A stretch of 64,000 nt of DNA, from positions 19,096,001-19,160,000 of the forward strand of contig NC_086106.1 in assembly GCF_963921235.1 (NCBI RefSeq), in the 5' to 3' direction. This DNA is from Mobula hypostoma. Its lineage: Eukaryota. Each line of letters opens with the position of its first letter. Position 1 is the stretch's first letter. Shown here piece after piece: positions 34,595 to 47,787 of the stretch. The position numbers were made by a program, and so were the translations under genes. The notes beneath the pieces were generated by a model that ran no database searches, was not told where the DNA came from, and worked only from the letters and a program-made list of their open reading frames with translations.

Positions 34595-36200
34595 AGGGTG
34601 TTCTGCAAAAGGCCTTTCAAGTCCCTTTTATCTCAGATTTTTGGATTTTCTCCATTTAGAAAATACTCCACACATTTATTTCTACTACCAAAGTACATGA
34701 TCATTCATTTTCCAGTATTATATTTCATTTGCCATTTTCTCGCCCATTCTCCAAATCCATCTGTCCTTCTGCATCATACCCGTTTCCTCAACACTACCTG
34801 TTCCTCCACCAGTATTTGTGTCCTCTGAAAACTTGGCAAAATAGCCATCTGTTTCATTATCTAAATCATTTATATACAGCATAAAAAAATGTGGGCCCAA
34901 CACTGACCCCTGCGGAACACCACTAGTCACTGGCAGCCAACCAGCCCAGGCCACTTTTATTCCCAGTCGCTGACTTCTTCCAATCAGCTAATGCTCGAAC
35001 CATCCTAGTAACGTTCCTGAAATACCATGGGCTCTTAACTTGCTAAGCAGCCTCATGTGTGGCACCTTGTAAAAGGCCTTCTGAAAGTCCACATATACGA
35101 AATCCAATACATCCCGTTTATCCATCCTACTTGTAATCTCCTCAAAGAATTCCAACAGGTTTGTCAGGCAGGGTTTTCCCTGATGGAAACCGCGCTGACT
35201 TTGTCCTATCTTGTCCTGGGTCACCGAGTACTCCGTCACCTCGTCCTTAACAATTGACTCGAACATCTTCCCAACCATTGAGGTCAGGCTAACTTGTCTA
35301 TAATTTCCTTTCTGCTGCCTTCCTCCTTTCTTAAAGAGTGGAATGACATTTGCAATTTTCCAGTCCTCTGGCACCATGCCAGAGTCCAATGATTTTCAAA
35401 GGATCATTTCCACTGTCACCACAATCTCTAATGCTCCCTCTTTCAGAACGCTAGGGTGCAGTTTCTCTGGTCTGGGTGACTTATGATCTTTTAGGTCTTC
35501 AGCCTTCTCCCTTGTAATAGTAACAGCACCCACTTCTCTTCCTTCCCACACTACAACATCAGGCATGCTGCTAGTGTCTTCCACAGTGAAGACTGATGCA
35601 AAATTTTCATTTAATTCACCTGCCATCTCCTTGCTCCCCATTATTATTTCTCCTGCCTCATTTTGTAGCGGTCCTATATCCACTCTCATTTCTCTTTTAA
35701 TTTCTACATACTAGAAAAAGCTTTTGCTATCCACTTTGATATTACTGCTAGCTTGCTTTTATATTTCATCTTTTCCCTTCTAATGACTCTTTTCATTATT
35801 CTCTGTAGGTTTTTAAAAACTTCTCAATCCTCTGTCTTCCCAATAATTTCACTTTGTTGTATGCCCTCTCTTTTGTTTTTACATCAGCTTTGAATTCCCT
35901 CGTCAGCCACAGTTGTACTATTTTACCATTTGAGTATTTCTTCATATTTGGAATATACATGTCCTGCACCTTCCTCATTTTTCCCAGAAACACATGGCAT
36001 TGCTGCTCTGCTGACATCCCTGCTCACAGATCCTTCCAATTTACTTTGGTGAACTCCTCATACCACTGTAATTTCCCTTACTCCACTGAAATATTGCTAT
36101 GTCAAACTTTACTTTCTCCCTATCCAATTTCAAGTTGATCTCAATCACATTGTTATCACTAGTTCCTAAGGGTTCTTTACCTTAAACTCCCTGATCACCT
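34595..36200 (-). mobile_element. CR1 ORF2 fragment (linker + RT)
   Basis: Minus ORFs 34718, 34988 and 35396 ([25 protein letters not shown]). Confidence 0.85.
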
Positions 36201-36204
36201 CCGG

Positions 36205-36610
36205 TTCAGAATCAGAATCAGAATCGGGTTTGTTATCACCAGCATGTGACGTGAAACTTGTTATCTTCACAGCAGCAGTTCAATGCAATACATAATCTAG
36301 CAGAGAGAGAGAAAAATATAATAATAAATAAAATAAAACATAATAAACAAACAAGTAAATCAATTACGTATATTGAATAGATTATTAAAATATGCTCAAA
36401 AACAGAAATACTGTATATGAAAAAGTGAGGTAGCATCCAAAGCTTCAGTGTCCATTTAGGAATCGGATGGCAGAGTGGAAGAAACTGTTCCTGAATCGCT
36501 GAGTGTGCGCCTTCAGGCTTCTGTATCTCCTACCTGATGATAACAGTGAGAAAAGTGCAAGCCCTGGGTGCTGGAGGTCTTTAGTAATGGACACTGCCTT
36601 CCTGAGAAAC
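36205..36610 (-). mobile_element. Rex1/Babar 3' end
   Basis: (CAGAAT)3 at about 36206; SLLSSGRRYRSLKAHTQRFRNSFF. Confidence 0.8.
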
Positions 36611-36611
36611 C

Positions 36612-37263
36612 ACGAAAACACGAGGAAACCTGCAGATGCTGGAAATTCAAGCAACACACACAAAAAGTGCTGGTGTACGCAGGAGACCAGGCAGCATCTA
36701 TAGGAAGAGGTACAGTCGACGTTTTGGGCTGAGACCCTTCGTCAGGGCAAACTGAAAGAAGAGATAGTGAGAGATTTGAAAGTGGGAGGGGCAGGAGGAG
36801 ATCCGAAATGATAGGAGAAGACAGGAGGGGGAGGGATTGAGCTAAGAGCTGGAAAGTTGATTGGCAAAAGGGATACGAGGCTGGAGAAGGGAGAGGATCA
36901 GGGGACGGGAGGCCTAGGGAGAAAGAAAGGGGGAGGGGAGCCCAGAGGATGGGCAAGGCTGTCCACCAGAGAAAGCAGGATCTCCCAGTGGCCACACATT
37001 TTAATTCCACGTCCCATTCTCATTCTGATATGTCTACCCACGGCCTCCTTTACTGTCAAGATGAAGCCACACTCAGGTTGGAGGAACATCACCTTATATT
37101 CCATCTGGGTAGCCTCCAACCTGATGGCATGAACATTGACTTCTCTAACTTCTGTTAATGCCCCACCTCCCATCCCTTATTTGTTTGTTTGTTTATTTAT
37201 TACTTACTTATTTTTTCCTCTCTTTTTTTCTCCCTCTGTCCCTCTCACTATAACTGCTTGCCC
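36612..37263 (-). mobile_element. Penelope-like insertion with 5' inversion
   Basis: 36612-36958 is the 3' UTR on minus. 36959-37263 is the adjoining upstream segment (GIY-YIG C-terminus) on plus. Confidence 0.8.
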
Positions 37264-37349
37264 TCAGATAAATTCGACCTCAGATACCTGCTTGTCCATG
37301 AATGTGGTCCACAGTCAGTGGGAATTAACATTCATTTTATGTGCATGGA

Positions 37350-37608
37350 GTGTGGATGTGAAGATGGAGGTATTTGAAAATTATATGTCATTCAAAGGGA
37401 GCATTCTAAATAACATTGTAACTACAGCATTGTCCTGCTGTTACGTTTCATATTTAGCATATAAAAATGTCATGTAATATTGGGTCAGGCAGTCCTCTTT
37501 TTCCAAGAGTGTCTGGAGTATGATCTCTGCTGCTTGTTTTGCTGAATAAAGACTTCTATCACCACCAGCTTCAGTGTCTCTCTGGTGACTTCGTTCACAG
37601 TCACAACA
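37350..37608 (+). mobile_element. Possible short solo LTR
   Basis: TATA (GCATATAAAA, about 37458), AATAAA (about 37545), and end ...GTCACAACA. Left end and TSD are not resolved. Confidence 0.35.
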
Positions 37609-37714
37609 AGGGCTTTACCTGTGATGGAGTGGTCTGTATCCATGCATTTTTGTAGGCTTTTCTATTCAAGGGTGTTTCCATACCAGTCCGTGACACAACC
37701 CACACACTCATCCC

Positions 37715-37965
37715 ACTGGTTCCTGTCCCCACTACTCCCCTCTGCCCTCCGCACCTCCCTCCCTTTAGTTCATGCTCCACCTTCCTCTCCCATCAGATTC
37801 CATTATCTTCAGCCTTTTGCCACAATTCCATTCCCCATCCGCCTGTCCACCCGCTCACCTGGCGGCCCCTATCACCTGACAGCACCTGCTCTACCCCTTC
37901 CCTCGCCTCTTTCCACCGGTCACCTCCCCTCTGTCTTTCAGTCCACATGAAAGGTCTCAACCCTA
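37715..37965 (+). mobile_element. Penelope-like 3' UTR remnant
   Basis: C-rich tract with CCATCAGATT...CTTCAGCCTTT and TGAAAGGTCTCAACCC, resembling the 3' tails at 5380-5440 and 33355-33410. Confidence 0.45.
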
Positions 37966-38274
37966 CTTCGTCTCCAGTTCCACTCGAGATAGAGCTTATT
38001 CTACGCGCAAGGGCGTTTGGGTATCTAAAGTCTCCATTTCATTATTTGGAAGACGATCGCAACTGCCATGAAACATCGTTTTCTTTTTTCAAAACATCAC
38101 AACATGTGACCATCAAAATGGAAGTTCGCTCCCAATGTTCACCAAGGCTTCAGAGATACCGTACGGAAATAATAATTTATACGGCAATGACCGGTAAACA
38201 TCACCATTCAGCGCAGGCTGCCACGCTTTTGTTCCAAAAGTTTTCAGTGTTTAATCATAAAATTTATAACCTCC

Positions 38275-38570
38275 AAAATTTTACAGCTTTGATGAACCAT
38301 CCACTTTAAATTTGTGAACCAAATGGAGTTTTCCGAAAATTTTTCATGCGATTCAATCTCCGCACGTTTAAAAAAACTTGACCAATGGTAGAGCAAGTGG
38401 TATGACGGCTCTGCGCGCAAACCAATGGGTGGGAACATGCGGACCTCCAAGCAACCAATAGCGACAGGTGGTCTGCATGTTTCTCCAATCCCGCGAAAGA
38501 TGGGTGGGAAGACCGTCGGTCCTTTTAACCAATGGCGGCAAGGATAGAAACAGGAAGGTGGAACATCTGC
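38275..38570. promoter_or_regulatory. CCAAT-rich promoter-like element with inverted repeat (copy 2)
   Basis: CCAAT at about 38382, 38422, 38455, 38485 and 38529. GAACATGCGGACC...GGTCTGCATGTTT. About 75-80% similar to 25-335. Confidence 0.45.
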
Positions 38571-38596
38571 TTCACCAAATCTTCCTGATATTTAAA

Positions 38597-38880
38597 CGCA
38601 AACAACAGGAATTCTGCAGATGCTGGAAATTCAAGCAACATACATCAAAGTTGCTGGTGAACGCAGCAGGCCAAGCAGCATCTATAGGAAGAGGTGCAGT
38701 CGACGTTTCAGGCCGAGACCCTTCGTCAGGACTAACTGAAGGAAGAGTGAGTAAGAGATTTGAAAGTTGGAGGGGGAGGGGGAGATCCAAAATGATAGGA
38801 GAAGACAGGAGGGGGAGGGATGGAGCCAGGAGCTGGACAGGAGGTCAGGGAAAAGGGTTACGAGAGGATCATGGGACAGG
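38597..38880 (-). mobile_element. Penelope-like 3' terminal fragment
   Basis: Near-identical to 9991-10270. Confidence 0.85.
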
Positions 38881-39780
38881 TACCCTGTGTGCTCAAACCT
38901 CAGTCTCGATATTATCATCTCCTCCCTCCTACTCTTTCCTGCATTCCTAAACTACCCCACTTCTCTCTGGATACAATTTTCAGTTGAAATAAGGTTTGTA
39001 TTATCCCACATACAACCTCTGGTTTTCCCACTGAATGTAAATCTTTTAGACTCCAGATTGTTGTGCTTGAATCAGACAATATTACAACTCACATGGTCTC
39101 ACTTTCTCCACCCACTGCAAAGCCAATAGTCCAGCTGTCATTTCACCTGTATACACTGAGAAATCATCATTTATCCTCACCTGCTTTTTCATGTTAAAAT
39201 CAGGCACTACCAATCCTACCCCTAATCTGCAACAGTATTACTGTTTTTGAAACGTCTGTGTAAATTTGTAAATTCCCATAATTAATATTATTTACATAAC
39301 ATTCAACTATATCTTGATTTGAGTTGACTTTCTACTTTTCCATCTCTTTCTGAATAATTTAGGATCCACCTCTGGTGCTTCACACAGTCATGGAGTCAGC
39401 CCAGGAAAAGACACTGTATCACTTCGGGCCTCATTACTAATTCCTGTCTTTTCTGCTTTCCCTTCAATAGTCCGTGCAAAATTTCTGAATTTCCTTCTTT
39501 CCTTTTCTCAGCATCGACCTAAAAGCTGTTTACTTGGATGATGTTCTCCAGGTCCTTGTAGGTTTACCCAATATGTTAACACAAGCTGTGATCTTCTCAG
39601 TTCCAGAGGTGTCTCTCCCAACTCCACCTGCATTGCCACCATTGGTGTTGTGCTTATTGCCCCACTGATTAACCTTACTTTCTTACTTTGGGTTTTTATT
39701 TCTTTAATACATGTTGACCATGTGAGTTTTTTATCAAACCAAATTCCTAAAAATTTAAAAGGATCTGCAGTTTCTAATTT
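38880..39780 (-). mobile_element. Nimb/I-group LINE fragment (RT thumb, RNase H, C-terminus)
   Basis: FKFLGIWFDKKLTW and ELGETPLELRRSQLVLTYW; RNase H-like GVGLVVPDFN...SVYTGEMTAGLLALQWVEK; C-terminal IISRLRFEHTG. Confidence 0.7.
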
Positions 39781-39869
39781 TAATTGATAATCAATTAAAT
39801 GGAGAGATAAAGCTGAGGATTGATTTGTTGATTTAAAAGCAAAGGCAGTGTTTAGTGAGACTGCTGGCA

Positions 39870-40802
39870 AGCAGAGGCTGATGACAGGGCAAAACTACAG
39901 TCAAAACTGCAATGCAAAAGGGGGGCAAAAATCAAAAAAAGGTGATGAAAGTGTTATCTTTGAATTCAGACAGTATACAGAATGAGATAGATTAACTTGT
40001 AGCACAGCTACAGATTGGCATGTATGACAGTGTGGGCATCACTGAATTGTGGCTGAAAGAAGATTATAGTTGGGAGCTTGATATCCAGGGATACACATTG
40101 TATCGAAAGGACAGGCAGGTTGGCAGAAGGCATGATATGGCTGTGTTGGCAAAAAATTAAATGAAATCATTAGAAAGAGGTGACAGAGGATGGGAAGGTG
40201 TAGAATAATTCTGGGTATAGCTAGGAGTATTATAGTTAAGGGTGATGAAATGAGAGCATGGATCAGTACATGGAACTACAATGTTGTAGCCGTTACTGAA
40301 ATTTGGTTGAGAGAGGGGCAGGAATGGGTGATTAATGTACCAGGTTTTTGAAGTTTTAGAAAAGATAGAGGAGGAGATAAAGAGGGGGTGTGTTGCATTA
40401 CCAGTCAGGGACAATATCACAGCTGCACTCAGAGGAGACATAATGGCGAGGTCAGAAACTGAGTCCATTTGAGTGAAACTCAGGAACAGGCAGGGTACAA
40501 TCACACTGATGGGATTGAACTTGGGGACACAGCCTCAAGATTTGGGGGAGTAGATTTAGGATGGAAATGAGGAGGAACTGTTTATCCCAGAGAGTGGTGA
40601 ATCTGTGTGAATTCAATGCCTAATGAAGCAGTGGAGGCTACCTCAGTAGATATATTTAAGACAAGGTTGGATAGATTTTTGCATAGTAGTGGAATTAAGG
40701 GTCATGGGGAAAAGGCAGGTAGGTGGAGATGAGTCCATGGCCAGATCAGCCATGATCTTATTGAATGGCAGAGCAGGCTCGACGGGCCAGATGGCCGACT
40801 CC
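39870..40802 (+). mobile_element. CR1 endonuclease fragments and 3' end (3' end resumes at 47774)
   Basis: GGCATCACTGAA...TGG, YRKDRQVG and AVTEIWL. The 3' terminus AGATGGCC(G/T)ACTCC is duplicated at 40789 and 47774. Confidence 0.7.
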
Positions 40803-42180
40803 CATATATTTCTAATCCTGGGAAATCCATTCCCGCTATTTTATCTTTGTTGGCTCAGTTTAGAAATTTTTCTGGTTATAAATTGAACCCTAATAAGAGT
40901 GAATTATTTCCCCTAAATATGCAGGTTCCTATTTATGGATGTTTACCAATTAAATTGGTGACCGACTTTTTTTTTACATATTTAGGGGTTAAAATTATGA
41001 AAGAAGTATAAGGATTTATTTAAGGCTAATTTTTTACCTTTAATTGATCAGATTTAACTTTTGTTTACTAAATGGTCACCAATGTCTCAGTCATTGATCG
41101 GTCGGATCAATGCTATCAAGATGATTATTTTGCCTAAACTTTTATATTTATTTCAAGCGGTGCCAATTTTTATTCCCAAATCCTTTTTTGATAATGTTGA
41201 TTCCAAAATTTCTTCATATATATGGCAGAACAAAAATCCTAGTCTAGGTAAAAGACATTTAGAGAAATCTAAAAGGGAGGGGGGTTTAGCTTTGCCGAAT
41301 TTTAGATTTTACTATTGAGCAATTAATATTCGATATTTAAAATTTTGGTTAGCGGACTTGGACGTAACTTCAAGTCCACATTGGGTAAATCTTGAACGTA
41401 ATTCTTTGCAAGGGTTTTCACTTGGTTCTATTTGAGGGACTTTGCTTCCCTTTACTCTTTTTAAATTGTATTAACAAATGAATAAGCCAGTAGTAAAACA
41501 TACTTGACGTATATGGTTTCAATTTCGAATATATTTTGGGTTGAATCAATTTATTTTAGCAAGTCCTATTATCTCTCGTTTCTTCTTTCAACCCTCTATT
41601 ATCGATCAAGCATATCTGGCTTGGAAAACTCAAGTTATGGTATGATTTTGTGATCGACCGTTGGATAATTATTTCATGTCCTTTGAACAATTATCTAGTA
41701 AATATAACTTGCCTAGATCTCATTTTTTTTTTAGATATTTACAGATTAGAAACTTTTTAAATACAGTTTCTCCTACCTTCCCGAATTTATATTCAACGGA
41801 TATTTTGGGAAAATTTTTAGATTTAAATCCTTTTCAGAAAGGTGTAATAGCAATTATTTCTAATATAATTAAGAAAACATGTCCAGATGTATCTAATAAA
41901 GTTTAGACTGATTGGGAAAGGGAACTTAAGATTAAAAAAATAGAAAAAATTCTTCAATTAGTTAACTCATCCTCTATATGTGCTAAACATGCTTTGATAC
42001 AGTTTAAAGTAGTGCATAGCGCTCATATGTCTCAGGATAAATTAGCTCGTTAGTATTCTCATAAAAATGCAGTATGTGATAGATATCACTTTGAGGTAGC
42101 TTCTTTAATTCATATGTTTTGGTCATGGTCTTTTTTGAAAAAATATTGGAAAGATATTTTGATACTGCTTCAACTGTTCT

Positions 42181-45100
42181 TTTTTTATCAATAATAATCA
42201 AAAACAAAGTGTTAAAGCTTTTTTTATGGAAAAAAGAAAGAAAAAAAGGACCCCTACTAACTAAAACAGAGAAAAACCCCTAATAACTTAAAAAAAAGGG
42301 AAAAAAATACCCATTTGGAGCACAAACCCGGAGCTATAAGCCGTACAAGCATCCACAAAAAAAAGACATCAAACCGCCAACCAAATCCAAATACCCAAGA
42401 ATCAGAAAAGGACCCTCTTTATTAACTCAAGTCAAATGATAATAACGGGCAAAAGAACCCCACCTTTTCTCGAAGTCAAATCTCGGATCAAAAGTTCGAC
42501 TTCTAATTTTTTCCAAACTAAGACATAACCTCACCTGAGAGAACCATTGTATCAGAGTGGGAGCAGAGGCATCTTATCATTTTAATAAAATAGCCCTTCC
42601 AGCCAGTAATGTGACAAATGCAATTACGTATTGGTCAGATATAGAAATACTGTGAATATGTTGAGGAATTATACCAAACAAAACTGTCAATTTATTAGGT
42701 TGTAAATTGATTTTCAAAGCTTTAGAAATTGTAGAAAAAATTGATTTCCAAAATTGTTTCAGTACAGAACACGACCAAAACATATGTGGCAATGTAGCTA
42801 TCTCAGTTTTGCATCTATCATCTCCTTTGTCAAATAATAACTGTGTACAATTTTAAATTGAATTAGAGAATGACTGGCACAAAACGAAGAAGAGTTAACC
42901 AGCTTCAAAATTCGCAACCAATCCTCTGTTATTAAGGTCATATTAAGCTCTCTTTCCCAATCTTGCTTAGTAAAGTAAAGGATAATTATCCTGTTGTAAT
43001 AGTAAATTATAAATTTTCCCAATAAAACCTTTCAGTAAAGGGTTCATTTTTAAAATAATGTCTAACAGGTCAGAGTCTTGTATATATGGAAAATTACTTA
43101 AATATTCTTGTAAGAAATGTCTGACCTGAAGATATTGCAAAAAATGTGAATATGAGAGAGAGTATTTAGTTACTAATTTCTCAAAGGACATCAATCGACC
43201 TTCTTGAAACAAGTCCATAAAGGAAAAAATTCCTTTATTCCTCCAAAGAGAAAAGGTAGGATCACTAAGTGAAGGTTTAAATAAATAGTTTTGATAAATT
43301 AAACTAAGAAGGTTAATTTTTTTAAGATCAAAAAACTTACAAAACTGGTACCAGATTTGTAATGATTGATTAATCATAGGATTTATATTTAGAATAGAAA
43401 TTTTGGCTAATTGTACAGGTAAAGGAGCTCCTAATAACAAAGTTAATAAAATTGTTTCACAATTTTCAATTCCAAATCAACCCAAGATGATCGTTCCTTT
43501 TTATCCGTCCAATATAACCAAGAACGCGCATAACGTATATTAACCACCCAATAATACCTTCTTAAATTAGGCAAAGTAAGACCCCCATCCTTTTTTAATT
43601 TTTATGAATGACATTTTCCAATTCTTGGTCTTTTATTATTCCAAACAAAAGATGAAATAATAGAGTCAACCTGATCAAAAAACTTCTTAGTTAAAAAATA
43701 GGAATATTTTGAAATACATACAAAAATTTTGGTAAAATCATCATTTTAACTGTATGAATTCGACCTGCTACCGAAAGTGTAAGTGGATTCCATCTAGAAA
43801 AAAATTGCTTCATAAAATCCACTAAGGGAACTAAATTAGCTCTATAAAGGTCTCCATCATTTTTAGTGATGATAATACCTAAATATTTAAAAAAATCTGT
43901 AACTTTTAGAGAAATGTCATCATATATAGAAGCAGAATCATTTAAAGGAAATAATTCACTTTTATGCAGGTTTAATTTATATCCTCTAAACAATCCAAAT
44001 TCATATAATAATTTCAATAAGCTAGGAATAGATACTTCGGGATTCAAAACATAAACCAAAAGATCATCCGCATAAAGGGAGATCTTATGAACAGTCCCAT
44101 TTATAGAAATTCCTTGAATATTTTTAGCTTCACGAAATGCAATAGCCAAAGGTTCCAACATCAAATGAAAGAACAGAGGACTTAACGGACATCCTTGTCT
44201 CGTCCCATGGGAAAGATGGAAAAAGGGGGATCTACTGTTATTAGTAATAACAGTGGCAATAGGGCTTTTATATATCAATCTAATCCATTTATTAAAATTG
44301 GTACCAAAGCTAAATTTCTCTAAAACTTTAAATAGATATTTCCATTCAACTCTATCAAATGCCTTTTCAGCATCTAGAGAAACAACACATTGGGAGTCTT
44401 AGAGAGGGTTGAGAATATAATATTTAACAATCTCCGAGTGTTAGAAAAAGAATAACTGCCTTGTAAAAAACTACATTGATCCTGAGAAATAATTTTAGCT
44501 GGTATATTCTCCATCCGATTAGCCAGTATTTTTGAAAGAATTTTGGCATCCACATTTAATAATGAAATAGGTCTATATGAAGCACAATCAGTAGGGTCTT
44601 CATCTTTCTTAAGAATTAAAGAAATAGAAGCTTCATAAAATGGGGAAGGTAACTCTCCTAACAGAAAAGAATCTTTAAGCATTTCGAACATATAAGGAGT
44701 AAGCAAATGTTCAATTTCTTTAATAAAATCCTGCAGTAAAACCATCCAATTCAGCAGCTTTACCAGACTGCATTGAAAGAATAGCTTTCTGAATTTCTCT
44801 TTCAGTAAAAGGAGCATCAAGAATTTGCTGATCTTCAACAGATATTCTAGGAAAATCAATCTTTTGCAAAAAAGCATACATATTAGAAGGGTCAGCTTGA
44901 AACTGAGATTTATAGAGCTCACCGTAATAGTCTTAAAAATTTTATTAATATCTTCATAATTACAAGCTAAACTACCATCTCCCTTACGAATTTTTAAAAT
45001 GTGTCTTTTTGCTCTAACTGCTTTAAGTTCAGATGCTAATAGCCTGTTACTTTTATCTCCAAACATATAAAATTAACTTTTTAATTTAAGCAAATTTCTT

Positions 45101-47101
45101 TCAATAGGGTAAGTTAATAGTAAATTATATTGTGATTGAAGTTCAACCCTTTATTTATGTCCTCGTTGTTCACGGGAATGGTACTGGAGGATTGGAGGAA
45201 GGCAAATGTTGTCCCCTTGTTCAAAAAAGGTTGTAGGGATAGTCCAGGTAATTATAGACCAGCGAGCCTCACGCCTGTGGTGGGAAAGCTGTTGGAAAAG
45301 ATTCTTAGAGATAGGATCTCTGGGCATTTAGAGAATCATGGTCTGATCAGGGACAGTCAGCATGGCCTTGTGAAGGGCAGATCGTTTCCAACAAGCCTGA
45401 TAGCGTTCTTTGAGGAGGTGACCAGGCATATAGATGAGGGTAGTGCAGTGGATATGATCTACATGGATATTAATAAGGCATTTGACAAGGTTCCACATGG
45501 TAGGCTTATTCAGAAAGTCAGAAGGCATGAGATCCAGGGAAGTTTGGCCAGGTGGGTTCAGAATTGGCTTGCCTGCAGAAGGCCGACAGTCGTGGTGGAG
45601 GGAGTACATTCAGATTGGAGGATTGTGACGAGTGGTGTCCCACAGGGATCTGTTCTGGGACCTCTACTTTTCGTGACTTTTATTAACGACCTGGATGTGG
45701 GGGTAGAAGGGTGGGTTGGCAAGTTTTCATACGACACAAAGGTTGGTGGTGTTGTAGATAGTGTAGAGGATTGTCAAAGATTGCAGAGAGAAATTGATAG
45801 GATGCAGAAGTGGGCTGAGAAGTGGCAGATGGAATTCAACCCAGAGAAGTGTGAGGTGGTACACTTTGGAAGGACAAACTCCAAGGCAGAGTACAAAGTA
45901 AATGGCAGGATACTTGGTAGTGTGGAGGAGCAGAGGGATCTCGGGGTACATGTCCACAGATCCCTGAAAGTTGCCTCACGGGTAGATAGCGTAGTTAAGA
46001 AAGCTTATGGGGTGTTAGCTTTCACAAGTCGAGGGATAGAGTTTAAGAGTCACGATGTAATGATGCAGCTCTATTAAACTCTGGTTAGGCCACACTTGGA
46101 GTACTGTGTCCCGTTCTGGTCGCCTCACTATAGGAAGGATGTGGAAGCATTGGAAAGGGTACAGAGCAGATTTACCAGGATGCTGCCTGGTTTAGAGAGT
46201 ATGCATTATGATCAGAGATTAAGGGCGCTAGGGCTTTACTCTTTGGTGAGAAGGAAGATGAGAGGAGACATGATAGAGGTATACAAGATAATAAGAGGAA
46301 TAGATAGAGCGGATAGCCAGCGCCTCTTCCCCAGGGCACCACTGCTCAATACAAGAGGACATGGCTTTAAGGTAAGGGGTGGGAATCTCTGTCATTAGGA
46401 TGTAAATTTCTCCAGATTTCTATCAAACCATAATCAATTAAAAAGCATTTAATAAGTGTTGCCGAATGACTCGGAAGCTGCTGATTGGTTGAACTCTTGT
46501 CAATCAAAGGGTTTAAACAACAGTTGAAGTCACCTCCCATCAGCAGCATATATTTATTTAAGTCTGGTAATAAACCAAATATATTTTTAAAAAAAGGATC
46601 ATCTACATTAGGTCCGTATAGATTAACCAGGACAATTTTTCTATTACAAATTGTTCCTTTAATAATTAACAGTCTACCATTGATATCTGAGACGATATCT
46701 TCTTGGATAAATAAAATATTAGATTTAAAAAAAAGATACTTCCTTAATCTTATTTTGACAGGCAGCATGATATTGAAGGCCCTTCCATGTTTTAAAAAAT
46801 CTATTTTGATAGCCCGTTCTGAATGCGTTTCTTGAGCAAAATTTATATCGGGCTGGAATTGATTAAAAACTTTAAATGTCTTCTTTCGCTTAATAGGGTG
46901 ATTCCAGCCACGTACATTCGAACAAATAACGTTTATCTGTTTAAGTACCATTGGATATTATTGTTAAACACAATACACGCATCCCACCGCGGGCTAATCA
47001 AAGATGGCGGGGATGAATAGAACCAAATAGAAAATGCGCATGCACCGGAACTCCGTAATGGGAAAAAATACAGAAAGTGTGTGAAAAAAAATCCCACAAT
47101 A
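42181..47101 (-). mobile_element. L1 with complete ORF2 span (disrupted), inserted antisense into the other L1
   Basis: EN from the ATG at 46951 (NVRG...QETH...NLYGPN...GGDFN); RT (YRPISLLNVDAKI, GTRQGCPLSPL, LYADD). T-run at 42179. TSD AACTGTTCT/AATTGTTCT at 42172-42180 and 47102-47110. Confidence 0.88.
45150..46385 (+). mobile_element. CR1 RT fragment inside the antisense L1
   Basis: ORF 45136-46077 has complete CR1 RT motifs. Both ends are truncated and L1 sequence is missing at the junction. Confidence 0.9.
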
Positions 47102-47787
47102 AATTGTTCTGAATATTGATTTACAACCTCGCCCTATTACTGCAGTTTTTTGGGTTACCAATCATAGAATCAAGTCATTTAACCTCTTCAGCTCGTCGGA
47201 TGATTGCATTTCTTACATTGATGGCTAGAAGATCCATTTTGCTGAATTGGAAAGAGATTAATTCTCCCACCACATTTCATTGATTCTCTCAAACTATGTT
47301 GTGTTTAAACTTAGAAAAAGTTAGCAGTGTTATTTATCATCTCTCTACTAAATTCGAAAAGACTTGGAGGCCATTTATTCAACATTTCCATATTTTGTAA
47401 TTTGACCTTTTCCAAACTTATTCCATTTCTTTTTAATATATGTCGAGAGGAGCGGAGTCAACGACACTAATGGTTCCTTTTTTTGATGTTACATAACAAC
47501 CCATGTCTTTTTTTTCTTAGATTAGTTGATTAACACTGTTTAGGTTAGTTTTTCTTTTGGGGTATATTTTTATATTTTTTTCCTTCTTCATGATTATATT
47601 TCTATATTTTTGTATATTATATTTGTATCCTGTATGATTGGGAGATTTAATACCCATGTGTCAACTGGGTTTATATTTAACTATGTTAATTATAACAATG
47701 TAATCCCAATAACTTTGTATCAATACTATGTTATGTTTATCATTATGAAACCAATAAAAAGATTGAAAAAGAAAGATGGCCTACTCC

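Larger units (their letters stand above)
40803..47773 (+). mobile_element. 5'-truncated L1 (40803-42180 and 47102-47773) inserted into a CR1 3' end
   Basis: GRINAIKMIILPKLLYLF...GGLALPNFRFYY. A-rich 3' end. 14-bp TSD AGATGGCCGACTCC/AGATGGCCTACTCC. Confidence 0.85.

Noticed and set aside
38275-38570. Histone gene promoter (multiple CCAAT boxes)
   Set aside because: No histone ORF or 3' stem-loop near either copy.
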